From Myxococcota bacterium (GTDB taxonomy: Bacteria; Myxococcota_A; SURF-8), in the NCBI GenBank assembly GCA_965140415.1, contig OZ223209.1, positions 2,464,001 through 2,528,000 on the forward strand: 64,000 bases of DNA, in the 5' to 3' direction. Each line of letters starts with the position of its first letter. Position 1 is the first letter of the stretch. Below are positions 44,419 through 54,059 of this stretch, in pieces. The notes beneath the pieces are model-generated. The model saw nothing but the letters and a program-made list of their open reading frames with translations. It was not told the DNA's origin and searched no databases. The translations under genes were made by a program, and so were the position numbers.

Positions 44419-46662
44419 TTACTCTGCTGGTGGAATGTCACTTTTCGTTTGCGGCTCTTCGGACGCTTCTACCGGTTGCGTTGATTTCTGCTTGGATTCG
44501 GTCAGAGCCGGATCGCCTACAATCGAAAACATGAACAGAAACTTGTCGATGTATTCTTTGGTGACATCCGTTTTGCTCTTGCCCTGGCCATGTCCCGCTC
44601 TGCGATCCAGGTGCATCAGAATCGGCTGATCCGATGCATTGGCTGCTTGCAGCGCCGCCGTGAATTTAGCGGTATGCACCCAGTGGACGCGATTGTCCGT
44701 ATCGGCGGTATGACCGAAAAAGGCGGGATAGCGCACGCCGGGAACGATTTGATGATAGGGGGAATAGCCCCACAGGTAGCCGGTGTCTTCCGGTAGGTCT
44801 GCGTTTCCGTATTCGGGAATCCACAGTTCACCCGGCGGATACTTGTGATAGCGCACCATGTCGTACAGTCCGACCGAACTGACACCGGCGGCAAATAGAT
44901 AGGGAACGGAGGTCATCATCGCACCGACTAAGAGCCCGCCGTTGGAGCCGCCTTCGATGACCAGTTTCTCGGGGCTGGTCATGCCGTTTTGAATCAGATA
45001 ACGCATGGCATATTCGAAATCCTTGAAGACCTGGAACTTTTTGCCTTTCATGCCGGCCTGGTGCCAGGCTTCTCCGTATTCGCCGCCACCACGGATGTTG
45101 GCTACGGCGTACACTCCGCCGCGTTCGATCCAACTCATGACGCGCCGCGAGAAGTAGGGCGACATGTTCACCTGGAAACCGCCGTATCCGTAAAGCAACG
45201 CAGGACGATCCGGGCTTGGGGTAATGTCCTTGCGGTGAACCAGGAAGAGATTGATCATGCTGCCGTCGTAGGAAGGATACTGCAATTGCTGTGCGACATA
45301 TTCGCCGGGGTCGAAGGAAGTTTTTACCGAAACCAGTTGCTTTGGCTGCAATTGCTGCACGGCTTGAGCAGCATACAGGGTCGTCGGGTAGAAGAACGAA
45401 TTGAAAACGAAACAGAAACGATCTGTGTCGGTTTCCAGATCCGCACTCGTCACCATCCCGACCGTAGGCAGTTGCAGTTCGCCGCTTGCTTTGCCTTTCA
45501 GCGTGTAAAAGCGCAAGTGGTTGGAGACGTTTTCCAGGGTTTGCAGCATCATATACTGTTTGCCGATCAGGAAGCCTTCGATGGGCCATTTCCCCTCGGC
45601 AACGATGGTTTTCCAATGCTTGGGTTTGGGGCGCTTACGGGAAAACGTGACCATGCGACCATTGGGCGCGTCGAGATTGGTGAGTGTATAAATGGTGTTA
45701 CCGATCATTTCCAAACCGCGAAGCGTTGCGCCGAGATCGAGGAACAATGTTTTCGTTTTCTTGGTTTTCGTGTCGTACAAGTACAGATCGGTGTTGGTCC
45801 AGCCACGATCTTCGGTGATCAGCAGGTAACGACCGTTTCTGGACAGCTTCAGGCTGGTCCAGTCGGAATGCTGGCGTTTTTTCCCGAAGATCAACGGATC
45901 GTTGTTCCAGTCCTGGCCGAGTTTGTGGAAATAGGCTTTACGATTGTAACGGTCGCCGGAAGGATAGCGCGTGTAATAGAAGCCGCTGTTGTCTGCAAGC
46001 CAGGCGATGGAGGAATAGCGGGCTTCGGGGATGGCTTCCGTCAGCGTTTTCCCGCTGACAACATCGATGACATACAGTGTACTGTTTTCGCTGCCATCCT
46101 TGGAAAGACCGTAGGCAACCAGTTTGCCGTCTTTTGACGGCGTGAACCAGTCCAGCGCCGTTTTGAATTCCGGGTCCAGCGTATTGGGATTCACAAGGAT
46201 GCGTTCCACGTCGTTTTCCATCACGAACAGGGCGGATTGCTCCATGTCGTCGCCATCGCGCTTGGTGTAAAATGTTCGTCCGCCCGCGAGACTGACTTCT
46301 CCCACGTAGCCGATATCGAAAAACTCCTGAACTTTTTCCTGTAGACCATCGAAATGCTGACGGTCAAGGTAAGCGCGCGTAAGGGCGTTTTGTTGCTCCA
46401 CCCATTCCTGGGCAGCGCCTTCCGTTTCCATCCATCGGTAGGGATCGTGGATGGTGTAGCCGTTTAGGCTTTCTGTTACATCTTCCGTTTTGGCAGGAGG
46501 ATAGTTCAGAGCAGCAGAGGCGTTTGTGTCTTGCTGGGTTGGACATGGAGAAACGGTGGCCGATGCATCATTCTGCTCAACCTTTCCTGCATGTGCGCAG
46601 CCTGTAAAGATCACAGTCAGGCTGAGAATGAAGAAGAAGCATTTCATTCCGATTGTTTTCAT
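44419..46662 (-). CDS. Prolyl oligopeptidase (S9A), lipoprotein
   Basis: DPYRWME, YGYGGF, NIRGGGEYG, GGSNGG, DNRV, AGHG; lipobox FTG-C. Confidence 0.94.
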   Translation of the reverse strand: MKTIGMKCFFFILSLTVIFTGCAHAGKVEQNDASATVSPCPTQQDTNASAALNYPPAKTEDVTESLNGYTIHDPYRWMETEGAAQEWVEQQNALTRAYLDRQHFDGLQEKVQEFFDIGYVGEVSLAGGRTFYTKRDGDDMEQSALFVMENDVERILVNPNTLDPEFKTALDWFTPSKDGKLVAYGLSKDGSENSTLYVIDVVSGKTLTEAIPEARYSSIAWLADNSGFYYTRYPSGDRYNRKAYFHKLGQDWNNDPLIFGKKRQHSDWTSLKLSRNGRYLLITEDRGWTNTDLYLYDTKTKKTKTLFLDLGATLRGLEMIGNTIYTLTNLDAPNGRMVTFSRKRPKPKHWKTIVAEGKWPIEGFLIGKQYMMLQTLENVSNHLRFYTLKGKASGELQLPTVGMVTSADLETDTDRFCFVFNSFFYPTTLYAAQAVQQLQPKQLVSVKTSFDPGEYVAQQLQYPSYDGSMINLFLVHRKDITPSPDRPALLYGYGGFQVNMSPYFSRRVMSWIERGGVYAVANIRGGGEYGEAWHQAGMKGKKFQVFKDFEYAMRYLIQNGMTSPEKLVIEGGSNGGLLVGAMMTSVPYLFAAGVSSVGLYDMVRYHKYPPGELWIPEYGNADLPEDTGYLWGYSPYHQIVPGVRYPAFFGHTADTDNRVHWVHTAKFTAALQAANASDQPILMHLDRRAGHGQGKSKTDVTKEYIDKFLFMFSIVGDPALTESKQKSTQPVEASEEPQTKSDIPPAE

Positions 46663-46997
46663 TCCGCTAATTCCTTTCCATTCGGTCTATCGTACCAATG
46701 TGACAGTCATAGTCGTCCTGCATCCTAATCCCTCTCATGCTCTGGTGCAAGTCGTTTAGAGCATCATTTCGCACGATGAGGCAATCCGTTGAATCGGTAG
46801 AACTTTTTGCCTTTAGTAAAAATTTGGGCTTGTCGTTTGATGCCGCTCGGTGTATAAGGGCTTCCGTGTTGCCCGGATGGGGTGATTTCTTGTGCGATTC
46901 AGTGCTTTTCCGTAGTGGAAAAAGCTCTGCCAGTCCAACTGGTTGAATCGAAACGAAACAGGTTAGAAGCGACTGAAAAGAGTGAAAGCCTGGTGTA

Positions 46998-48662
46998 ATG
47001 CCTGAGAAGCTGGATGCTATCGTTATCGGAGGGGGAATCAACGGATGCGGGGTCGCGCGCGATCTGGCGTTAAGAGGCCTCTCCGTTATGCTGGTGGACA
47101 AGGGTGACTTGTCCATGGGTACCAGTTGGGCCAGTTCCGGCATGATTCACGGCGGTGTGCGTTACCTGCTTTCCGATGTGAGAACGACAAAGAAATCCTG
47201 TAAGGATTCCGGCTACATTCAGAAAATCGCGCCTCACCTGATTTTTCGGATTCCTCTGTTGATGCCGCTCTTAAAGGAAGACGGCATCACCGGTCGCATC
47301 AAATTCGAAGGTGCAAACGCCCTGTTCTCGCTATATGACCGCTTTCAGCCTTTAAAAGGCGGCAAGCCGCATGTACGGCTGACGCGCGACGAAGTCCGGC
47401 GGGTTGAACCGTTGTTGACGCCCGATGCAATCGGGGGTGTTACCACGGACGAGTGGGGCATCGATGTTCCCCGCTTGTGCATCGCCAATGCCCTGGATGC
47501 GGTGGAGCACGATGCAAAGGTGAAAACCTGGACCAAAGTGACGAGTCTCGTGATCTCCGATGGAAGAGTTCGCGGCATCCGCACGCAGGATGAACTGACC
47601 GGAAAAGTCGAAGAAATTCTGGCGGATATCGTTGTCAACTGCGCGGGTCCATGGGTGCCGAAAATTGCAGAGATGGCGGGGCAAAAGGTTCGCCTGCGTC
47701 CAGCCAAAGGCGTTCATCTGGTTCTGGATCGCCGAATTTCGAACATCGGTGTAATTGCCGATGCGGTTGATGGACGCGGCGTTTTTGTGATTCCGCATGA
47801 AAATGTTTCGTTGATCGGAACGACAGACGACGATTTCTACGGTGATCTCGACGATCTGTCCGTAACCGAGGATGAAATCGAATACCTGTTCCAGGCGGTG
47901 GAACGCAGCTTGCCTCGTATTCGAGAGGCGCGCGTTATCAAAACCATAGCCGGGATTCGCCCGACGCTGTTCGAACGCGCCAAGTACGAAGACGATCTTA
48001 CCCGCGATCACCGTGTCGTGGATCATCAGGTCGATGGCGATATGGCGGGTTTCGTAACGCTGGCTGGCGGCAAATTGGCGGCTTACCGGGTAATGGCGGA
48101 ACAAACTGCCGATCTGGTGTGTCATAAGCTGGGTAAAGGGGCTCAGTGCAAAACGCATGTGGAACCGTTGCCCGGTGGTGATCGGACGCCGGATATCGAG
48201 GAATTATCTCGACGCTACGGAATGGACCCGCTGGCAGTGCGTCGTTTGGTTTTCAGGCAGGGCAGCCGTGCCGAGCAGGTTTTGGAATTGATACGGGATA
48301 ATCCATCCTATGCCGGATTTGTCTGCAACTGTGATCCGATTATCGAAGCGGAGTTGCGGTATGTGATTCGAAATGAAATGGTGCGCCGTGCGGTCGATCT
48401 GATCGGGCGCTGTCACCTGGCAGAGGGTCCCTGTCAAGGGCTTGAATGCGGCGTGCAGGCGGCGATCATTTTCGGAGAAGAACGTGGATTGTCCCCGCAA
48501 GAAACGGCACAAGAAGCTTTTACGCTATTGCAGGAAAAATGGCGATGGCGCAGAAATATTCTGTCTGGAGTTCAATTAGCAGGCGAAGAATTATATCGCA
48601 TGATCTATCAGCAAGTTGTCAACTGGAATTCTTGGATTCGTGATCGTGAGGAGGTTTTCTAA
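46998..48662 (+). CDS. glpA: Anaerobic glycerol-3-phosphate dehydrogenase subunit A
   Basis: IGGGING, SSGMIHGGVRYL, KGVH, IGTTD, GGKL, C-terminal BFD-like CNC...GPCQG..C. Confidence 0.9.
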   Translation: MPEKLDAIVIGGGINGCGVARDLALRGLSVMLVDKGDLSMGTSWASSGMIHGGVRYLLSDVRTTKKSCKDSGYIQKIAPHLIFRIPLLMPLLKEDGITGRIKFEGANALFSLYDRFQPLKGGKPHVRLTRDEVRRVEPLLTPDAIGGVTTDEWGIDVPRLCIANALDAVEHDAKVKTWTKVTSLVISDGRVRGIRTQDELTGKVEEILADIVVNCAGPWVPKIAEMAGQKVRLRPAKGVHLVLDRRISNIGVIADAVDGRGVFVIPHENVSLIGTTDDDFYGDLDDLSVTEDEIEYLFQAVERSLPRIREARVIKTIAGIRPTLFERAKYEDDLTRDHRVVDHQVDGDMAGFVTLAGGKLAAYRVMAEQTADLVCHKLGKGAQCKTHVEPLPGGDRTPDIEELSRRYGMDPLAVRRLVFRQGSRAEQVLELIRDNPSYAGFVCNCDPIIEAELRYVIRNEMVRRAVDLIGRCHLAEGPCQGLECGVQAAIIFGEERGLSPQETAQEAFTLLQEKWRWRRNILSGVQLAGEELYRMIYQQVVNWNSWIRDREEVF

Positions 48663-49957
48663 TGGCGGGTCGTGTGCTCGTTATTGGTAGAGGTCTTGCC
48701 GGTTCCATGGCGGCTCTTGCCGCAAAGAAGGCAGGTGCGGATGTACAAGTGATCGCACAGGCGCTGGGACGAACGGCTCTATCAAGTGGGATGATCAACC
48801 TGGCCGGTACGGTCAGTGAAGGCAGAGGCTTTGAGCCGTTGTCGCTAAGGCAAGCCGTGTTGAGTTTGTATACACAGAATCAGCATCATCCGTATCGGGG
48901 ATTCGAAAATCCCTATGAAGCGATTCAACAGGGAGTGAAGGCTTTATTGGAAGTCGCTCCAGGGCTGTATCCTTCATCATTCGATGCAAAAGCGTTTCCG
49001 GCGGCCTATCCCGGTGAACTCGGTTCTGCGATGTGGTCTTATCTCGCTCCGAACGCCGTGGCAAAGCTGGAAGACAAAATGAGCGTCGGTGTGGTCGCGA
49101 TAAGCGGCTATTCCCGCTACCGAGCGGATTTCCTGGCAAGCGCCTGGGCGGAGCAGGAAGAGGAATTCGGGAAAGGAATCAAGTATTCCATTCTGGACGT
49201 CACTTTCGATCAGGGTGGCCAGATATTCTATCAGTCCGGACAGATGGCGAGATATCTGGATCACGATGAACATTTGGAATTGCTGGCCGAACGAGTTAAA
49301 GGGGAAATGGGTTCTTCCACTTACGATCTGCTGATTTTCCCGCCGGCTCTGGGACTTGAAAAATTGGATCGAGTGGAACGTTTGTCCTCGCTATTGGGAG
49401 TGCCTTGCCGCGAGTCCGTGGCCACCCATGCCAGCGTTCCGGGAGCGCGTCTCTCCAATTTACTGGGCCAGGCGCTTAAGGCAGCAGAAATTCCAATAGA
49501 GCAGGGGACCGTGAGCGAGTGTCGCATGGGCTCGGATGGCATCGAAGCGGTGACGATGAAAGGTGAGAACGACGAGGAGATGGTCTATGAAGCGGATGCA
49601 TTCGTGCTCGCTTCGGGAAAATTCCTTGGCGGTGGCATTCGCTCAGAAGGTAAAACCTTTGTTGAACCGATTTTCAATTTGCCGGTGTTTCTTGGAAATC
49701 ACCAAGTCGATGAATTGTACATCGGACGTCTGACCGAGGCGGATTTCTCTGCGGCGCAGCGCTTTGTCAAACTGGGCGTGCGCGTCAACGATCAGGGATT
49801 GGCGCTGGGCGAGGAAAATCTGCAACGCTGGGACAACCTGTTTGCAGCCGGTCATGTTCTGGGTGGCTTCGATCCATTCCTGGATGGCAGTGCTGAAGGC
49901 GTGGACCTGATCACCGGTATCCGAGCGGGACAAAAGGCGGCGGAGTTTGCGGTATGA
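48662..49957 (+). CDS. glpB: Anaerobic glycerol-3-phosphate dehydrogenase subunit B
   Basis: VIGRGLAG, SSG, PPALG, SVPGARL, VLASGKFLGGG, NLFAAG; coupled to glpA. Confidence 0.85.
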   Translation: MAGRVLVIGRGLAGSMAALAAKKAGADVQVIAQALGRTALSSGMINLAGTVSEGRGFEPLSLRQAVLSLYTQNQHHPYRGFENPYEAIQQGVKALLEVAPGLYPSSFDAKAFPAAYPGELGSAMWSYLAPNAVAKLEDKMSVGVVAISGYSRYRADFLASAWAEQEEEFGKGIKYSILDVTFDQGGQIFYQSGQMARYLDHDEHLELLAERVKGEMGSSTYDLLIFPPALGLEKLDRVERLSSLLGVPCRESVATHASVPGARLSNLLGQALKAAEIPIEQGTVSECRMGSDGIEAVTMKGENDEEMVYEADAFVLASGKFLGGGIRSEGKTFVEPIFNLPVFLGNHQVDELYIGRLTEADFSAAQRFVKLGVRVNDQGLALGEENLQRWDNLFAAGHVLGGFDPFLDGSAEGVDLITGIRAGQKAAEFAV

Positions 49958-50400
49958 AAAAAGCCTACGCAGTCGCTTTATTGGGGATCTTTCTCATCCG
50001 ACATTTCGTCGTGTTGTTCCTCAATGCGTTGCGATCGCGTTTAGGCTCGTTTAAACCTGAAGATGGGGCCGAGACCTTTTTTCGCCAATTCAAAGAGGAT
50101 CATATCTTTCCGATCGCCTCCGAGCAGGCCGGATATTTTACGGATATGAACCACTGCGTTGCATGCGGTTTGTGCGAAACCCTGTGTGAAGAATCTGCCG
50201 AATGGCAAGGCTCCCTATATCGGGGACCGGCCCTGTTGCTGCTGACCCACTCGCGCAGTCGAGTGGATTTCGAATACGCTGAAAGCTATTTCCAGCAATT
50301 CAGGCAGCATCCTTCCAACACAACCTGTTTGCGTCCCTGTCCGACTCGGGTTCCAATCGCCAGAGTCAATCGGGCTGTCGATCATTTTCTTCAGCGATAG
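49954..50400 (+). CDS. Small Fe-S protein, GlpC N-terminus-like, with N-terminal TM helix
   Basis: CVACGLCETLC plus partial second motif TTCLRPCP; overlaps the glpB stop by 4 nt. Confidence 0.65.
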   Translation: MKKAYAVALLGIFLIRHFVVLFLNALRSRLGSFKPEDGAETFFRQFKEDHIFPIASEQAGYFTDMNHCVACGLCETLCEESAEWQGSLYRGPALLLLTHSRSRVDFEYAESYFQQFRQHPSNTTCLRPCPTRVPIARVNRAVDHFLQR

Positions 50401-50429
50401 CAGACAACGTCAATTACAAAAGTAGAATG

Positions 50430-51143
50430 TTATTGAGGTGGTTTACGGCGGCGTAAGAGCACATACATGGCTCCCAAGCCGCCGTCTTCATTACGCGCGG
50501 ATGTGAAAGCCAATACCGAGTTGCCGATTGGTCCCCGGCCACGTTCGAACCAGGCGCGAACGCTTTCTTTCAATACCGGGATATTGTCTTTGGAGTTCAG
50601 ACCACGACCGTGAATCAACAGCACGCAACGCAAGCCGTTGACACGTGCGCGGGTTAGAAAATGCTCCAATTCTGTTTTAGCCTCCACGCGCGTCAGACCG
50701 TGCAGATCCAATCTTGCCTGTATCGAATATTCCCCTTGTTTCAGGCGTTTCAATACACCCTTGGGAAGACCGTGGACGCAACCTTCGATGTATTCGTCTG
50801 AGTCCGAAATGTCGAAGGGCAATTCACCATTGACCAGTCGAATCAGTTCTAGCTGGGCTTCGGCTTCCTCATCGACCTGTGGCGGGATGGATGGGCTGGG
50901 CTCTTTCGGAGTAGGGCGCTCCTTGTTCAGGGTCGCTCCTGCCACACTGCGAAGGAACAGCTCGTTTTCATCCAGATCCTCATCGGATTCCCAGGGAGCG
51001 GTTTCTTCTTCTTTAACATCGGTGTTATCGGTTGGTTGCGTTTCTTCGGGAGGCAACTCCAGTTGCTTTAGTGATTTAAACGGGTTGCTGCTGAATTTCT
51101 GCGAAGATTTTGCAGGAGCCTGCTTTTTTTTCTTTTTGGCCAT
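50430..51143 (-). CDS. Smr/MutS2-domain protein
   Basis: LDLHGLT, LIHGRG, VLAFTSA...DGGLGA.YVLL. Confidence 0.92.
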   Translation of the reverse strand: MAKKKKKQAPAKSSQKFSSNPFKSLKQLELPPEETQPTDNTDVKEEETAPWESDEDLDENELFLRSVAGATLNKERPTPKEPSPSIPPQVDEEAEAQLELIRLVNGELPFDISDSDEYIEGCVHGLPKGVLKRLKQGEYSIQARLDLHGLTRVEAKTELEHFLTRARVNGLRCVLLIHGRGLNSKDNIPVLKESVRAWFERGRGPIGNSVLAFTSARNEDGGLGAMYVLLRRRKPPQ

Positions 51144-51188
51144 GATGTCGGTTCCGGTTCAAGCGAATGGGTAGCATGGTGCCGATTG

Positions 51189-51857
51189 TTATTCTTCAGT
51201 ACTTTGTGGGTTCTCGAAGACCAGGCGATACAGGATTTTCTGTTGCAGGTCTTGAAAGACGATCGGCATATGCTTGTACATCTGCTTGAGAAGTTCGGTC
51301 ATCAGTTCCCGGATTTCCCACTGTGCCTGTGGATTCAGGGCGCGACGCATGAAGACATAACGCCACTGCCGCAGGTTGAACGTGGTAACCACTTCCGTTT
51401 TGGTGCAGTTGGGCAAAACGGAGCGGGCGTCTTCAGGAGGAACGCCGGTCTGCAACAGGTCTCGGTAGGCTTTTTCTGCGGTCTCGATATCTTCTTTCCA
51501 CAGGGAGAAAGCCTGCTCGTTATTTCGAATGGTTGGCGGGCAGATCACCTGAATGCCGCCTCTCGAGTAGTCCACTACTCGTTGCGATTCCTGGCTGAAC
51601 GATCCGATGCGATGCCTGACGAGTTGGTGCGAGGCGCTGCGGTCGCAAATGAAACGAGCCGTAATGGAACAATGTTCCAGAATCGATTCGTGACCTTTTT
51701 CGATGATGTTTTTAAGAATGAACTCCTCTGCGGAGTCTTCCGAGATCTCTTCTTCGCTTTTATAACAGGTTCGCCCGTAGCGTTCGATCAATTTGCTATA
51801 TTCCCGAATATGACTTTCCGGGGTTTCTATGCACACCGATGGGGAAATGATCTCCAT
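51189..51857 (-). CDS. thyX: FAD-dependent thymidylate synthase
   Basis: GHESILEH, SHQLVRHRIGSFSQESQR, EDARSVLP, AQWEIR. Confidence 0.95.
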   Translation of the reverse strand: MEIISPSVCIETPESHIREYSKLIERYGRTCYKSEEEISEDSAEEFILKNIIEKGHESILEHCSITARFICDRSASHQLVRHRIGSFSQESQRVVDYSRGGIQVICPPTIRNNEQAFSLWKEDIETAEKAYRDLLQTGVPPEDARSVLPNCTKTEVVTTFNLRQWRYVFMRRALNPQAQWEIRELMTELLKQMYKHMPIVFQDLQQKILYRLVFENPQSTEE

Positions 51858-52025
51858 GATTCGTCCTGCCTTTATGGTTTGGATCGTGCAACTGTCAACT
51901 CATCCAGCTATAGCATGTCAGTCACTTTACAGGCAAGTGTTTTGGATTGCCGGAGTATTTGCTTGCCAAGCCTGAGCGAATCGGGTAGGTTTCACCCGTA
52001 CCGAAGCAAAATTAACTTGGAGGAC

Positions 52026-52928
52026 ATGGTGAGTAACCTGGAGCAAATACAAAGCGAGTTGAAGAAGCTTGAAAAGGAAATCATCGAGACGCGCAATATG
52101 AATATCAAGACCGACAACAACATGCGGTCTTTGTTTGCGGAATTGAAAAAAGTTTCGGGAAATCAGGAAACTTCGGCTCGTAAGGCCCGTATCGGTCATA
52201 TCGGACTCTACATCCTCTTCGTCTTGATTTTCACTGTTGGAGGGATCGTATTATCCGAACTGCGCGCTTCGTTGTTGGAAGAGAAAATCGAAGGGCTTAA
52301 AACCCAGATCGTCGTGCTCAAAGAAGAAAACGAAGCCAGCAAAACGGAATTGCAGGCGCGCGATTCCGCAGAAAAAAGATCATTGCATTTGATCAAGTTA
52401 CTGGAAGAAAAGAAGCGCGCCGAGGCTGTTAAGGAATTCAATAAAATCGATCGTAGCAAACTGAGCAAGGCCGAAGTGTTGCTGCTGGAGGAAAAAGTCA
52501 AGGTATTCCGAATGGATCTGGCGCGCAAGCACTACGATCAAGGTGTCAATCAATGGCGCATCGGAGGAGACAAGAGCGCGGTGCAGGAACTGAACGTATC
52601 GTTGGATTATTACAAAGATCCTGAATATGAAGGCATGCTGCACTATTATCTTGGGTTGAGCCTGATCCGCATGAAGAAATTGGATGAGGGAATCGAACAC
52701 CTCAAAACGGCGTTGACCTTGAAACTGGACAAAGAAACGGCAGACAAGATTTACATCAAGATTTCAGATACCTATAACGATGCTAGCCGTTATGACGAAT
52801 CCCTGCGTTATATGCAGAGCATTCCTCAAAATGACATGGGATACTGGACCCGGCAAGCCATCAACATGAAGATCACATGGGTAAAGAAGCAACTGGCCGC
52901 TCAAAAGAAGCAAACGGAAGCGCAGTAA
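52026..52928 (+). CDS. Coiled-coil, single-TM, TPR-containing protein
   Basis: GGAGG RBS before ATG 52026 (MVSNLEQ); coiled coil, TM helix, then TPR-like helices (HYYLGLSLIRMKKLDEGIEHL). Confidence 0.78.
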   Translation: MVSNLEQIQSELKKLEKEIIETRNMNIKTDNNMRSLFAELKKVSGNQETSARKARIGHIGLYILFVLIFTVGGIVLSELRASLLEEKIEGLKTQIVVLKEENEASKTELQARDSAEKRSLHLIKLLEEKKRAEAVKEFNKIDRSKLSKAEVLLLEEKVKVFRMDLARKHYDQGVNQWRIGGDKSAVQELNVSLDYYKDPEYEGMLHYYLGLSLIRMKKLDEGIEHLKTALTLKLDKETADKIYIKISDTYNDASRYDESLRYMQSIPQNDMGYWTRQAINMKITWVKKQLAAQKKQTEAQ

Positions 52929-52976
52929 CTTCTCGTTATTCCTTGGATTATCGTGGATTGTGTTTAAGGGAAAGGT

Positions 52977-53252
52977 TTAGTTTAGCTGCTCGCAGGTATC
53001 ATCGTCCCAGTATTCGAGAGTGGCGTTGCAGCGGATCTGGTCTTCTTCCGTAACTTCTTTGCACTTATAGCCTTTTTCCTTGAGTGATCCGTTCTCGATG
53101 CACAGGCAGGCGGCTTGCCAGTGGTCGGCGACCCGTGGACAATAGGTGCAGATGCGTTTGGCCAGCACTTCGCAGGGTTTGTAATCGCCGCATCCTGTTC
53201 CAAGAATGACAACGCTGGCGGCCAGAATCAGGAAAAGTGGAATTTTCTTCAT
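52977..53252 (-). CDS. Small Cys-rich lipoprotein
   Basis: MKKIPLFLILAASVVILGTG-C lipobox; eight further Cys in about 70 aa. Confidence 0.7.
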   Translation of the reverse strand: MKKIPLFLILAASVVILGTGCGDYKPCEVLAKRICTYCPRVADHWQAACLCIENGSLKEKGYKCKEVTEEDQIRCNATLEYWDDDTCEQLN

Positions 53253-53329
53253 AATTTTCACGATCACCAACTTGGTTTCCTAAGTTGGATCGGTATACCC
53301 CAGACTGCTCGGTATGGCAAGACAAAATC

Positions 53330-54052
53330 ATGATCGATTTACACACACATCTTTTACCCGGTATCGATGACGGCTCGAAATCGTTGGAAGAAACACGCGC
53401 CATCATTGCGGGCTACATTGAGTTGGGATTTACTGCGGCGGTGGTGACTCCCCACATTCGTAGCGGTATGTTCGATAACGATGAAGACCATATCCGCAGA
53501 TTAACCGAGGAAATTCAAGAAGATATCGAGCAACAAGGTGTGGCGTTCAAGATTCTTCCTGGTGTTGAATATTACTTCGATGACCGCGCGATGCAGCGTT
53601 TGTTGGATCCGTCGCAGTTGTTGTCATTCGGGGATCAGGGGAAATACATCCTGTTGGAGTTCAACTCCCTAAGTAAGCCGGTTCATTTGCGCCAGCTGGT
53701 ATTTGATCTGAAAGTTGCTGGAATCACTCCGATTATGGCTCATCCTGAACGCTATGCGTTCGTTGCGGAAGATCTGGATTTTGTGGAGGAATTGGTAGAT
53801 GCCGGGATGTTGATGCAGGGAACACTGACTTGCTTGAGTGGAATGTGGGGAAATAAATCCCGCAATACGCTCAAGAAGTTATTGGATCGTGATCTGCTGC
53901 AATTGATTTCGACGGATAATCATAATGCAAAGCAGATACAGAAGTACACCACCCCGGCGATCAATCGTCTGCGTGACTGGATCGGGGATGCTCGCATCGA
54001 ACAACTGATGACCGTGAATCCTCAAATCGTCTTCGAAGGTGGGGCGCTCTGA
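53330..54052 (+). CDS. PHP-family protein-tyrosine phosphatase (CpsB/CapC/YwqE-like)
   Basis: MIDLHTHLLPGIDDG, TPH, AHPERY, STDNH. Confidence 0.92.
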   Translation: MIDLHTHLLPGIDDGSKSLEETRAIIAGYIELGFTAAVVTPHIRSGMFDNDEDHIRRLTEEIQEDIEQQGVAFKILPGVEYYFDDRAMQRLLDPSQLLSFGDQGKYILLEFNSLSKPVHLRQLVFDLKVAGITPIMAHPERYAFVAEDLDFVEELVDAGMLMQGTLTCLSGMWGNKSRNTLKKLLDRDLLQLISTDNHNAKQIQKYTTPAINRLRDWIGDARIEQLMTVNPQIVFEGGAL

Positions 54053-54059
54053 TTTGATG

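Noticed and set aside
44989-46137. 382-aa antisense ORF inside the prolyl oligopeptidase gene (similar cases at 24928-25902 and 62057-62926)
   Set aside because: Codon-bias shadow of a conserved gene on the opposite strand; no recognisable motifs.
51186-52025. 580-aa plus-strand ORF apparently overlapping thyX in antisense
   Set aside because: The N-terminal 280 codons are the stop-free antisense of thyX plus spacer; a good RBS and protein-like sequence begin at ATG 52026.
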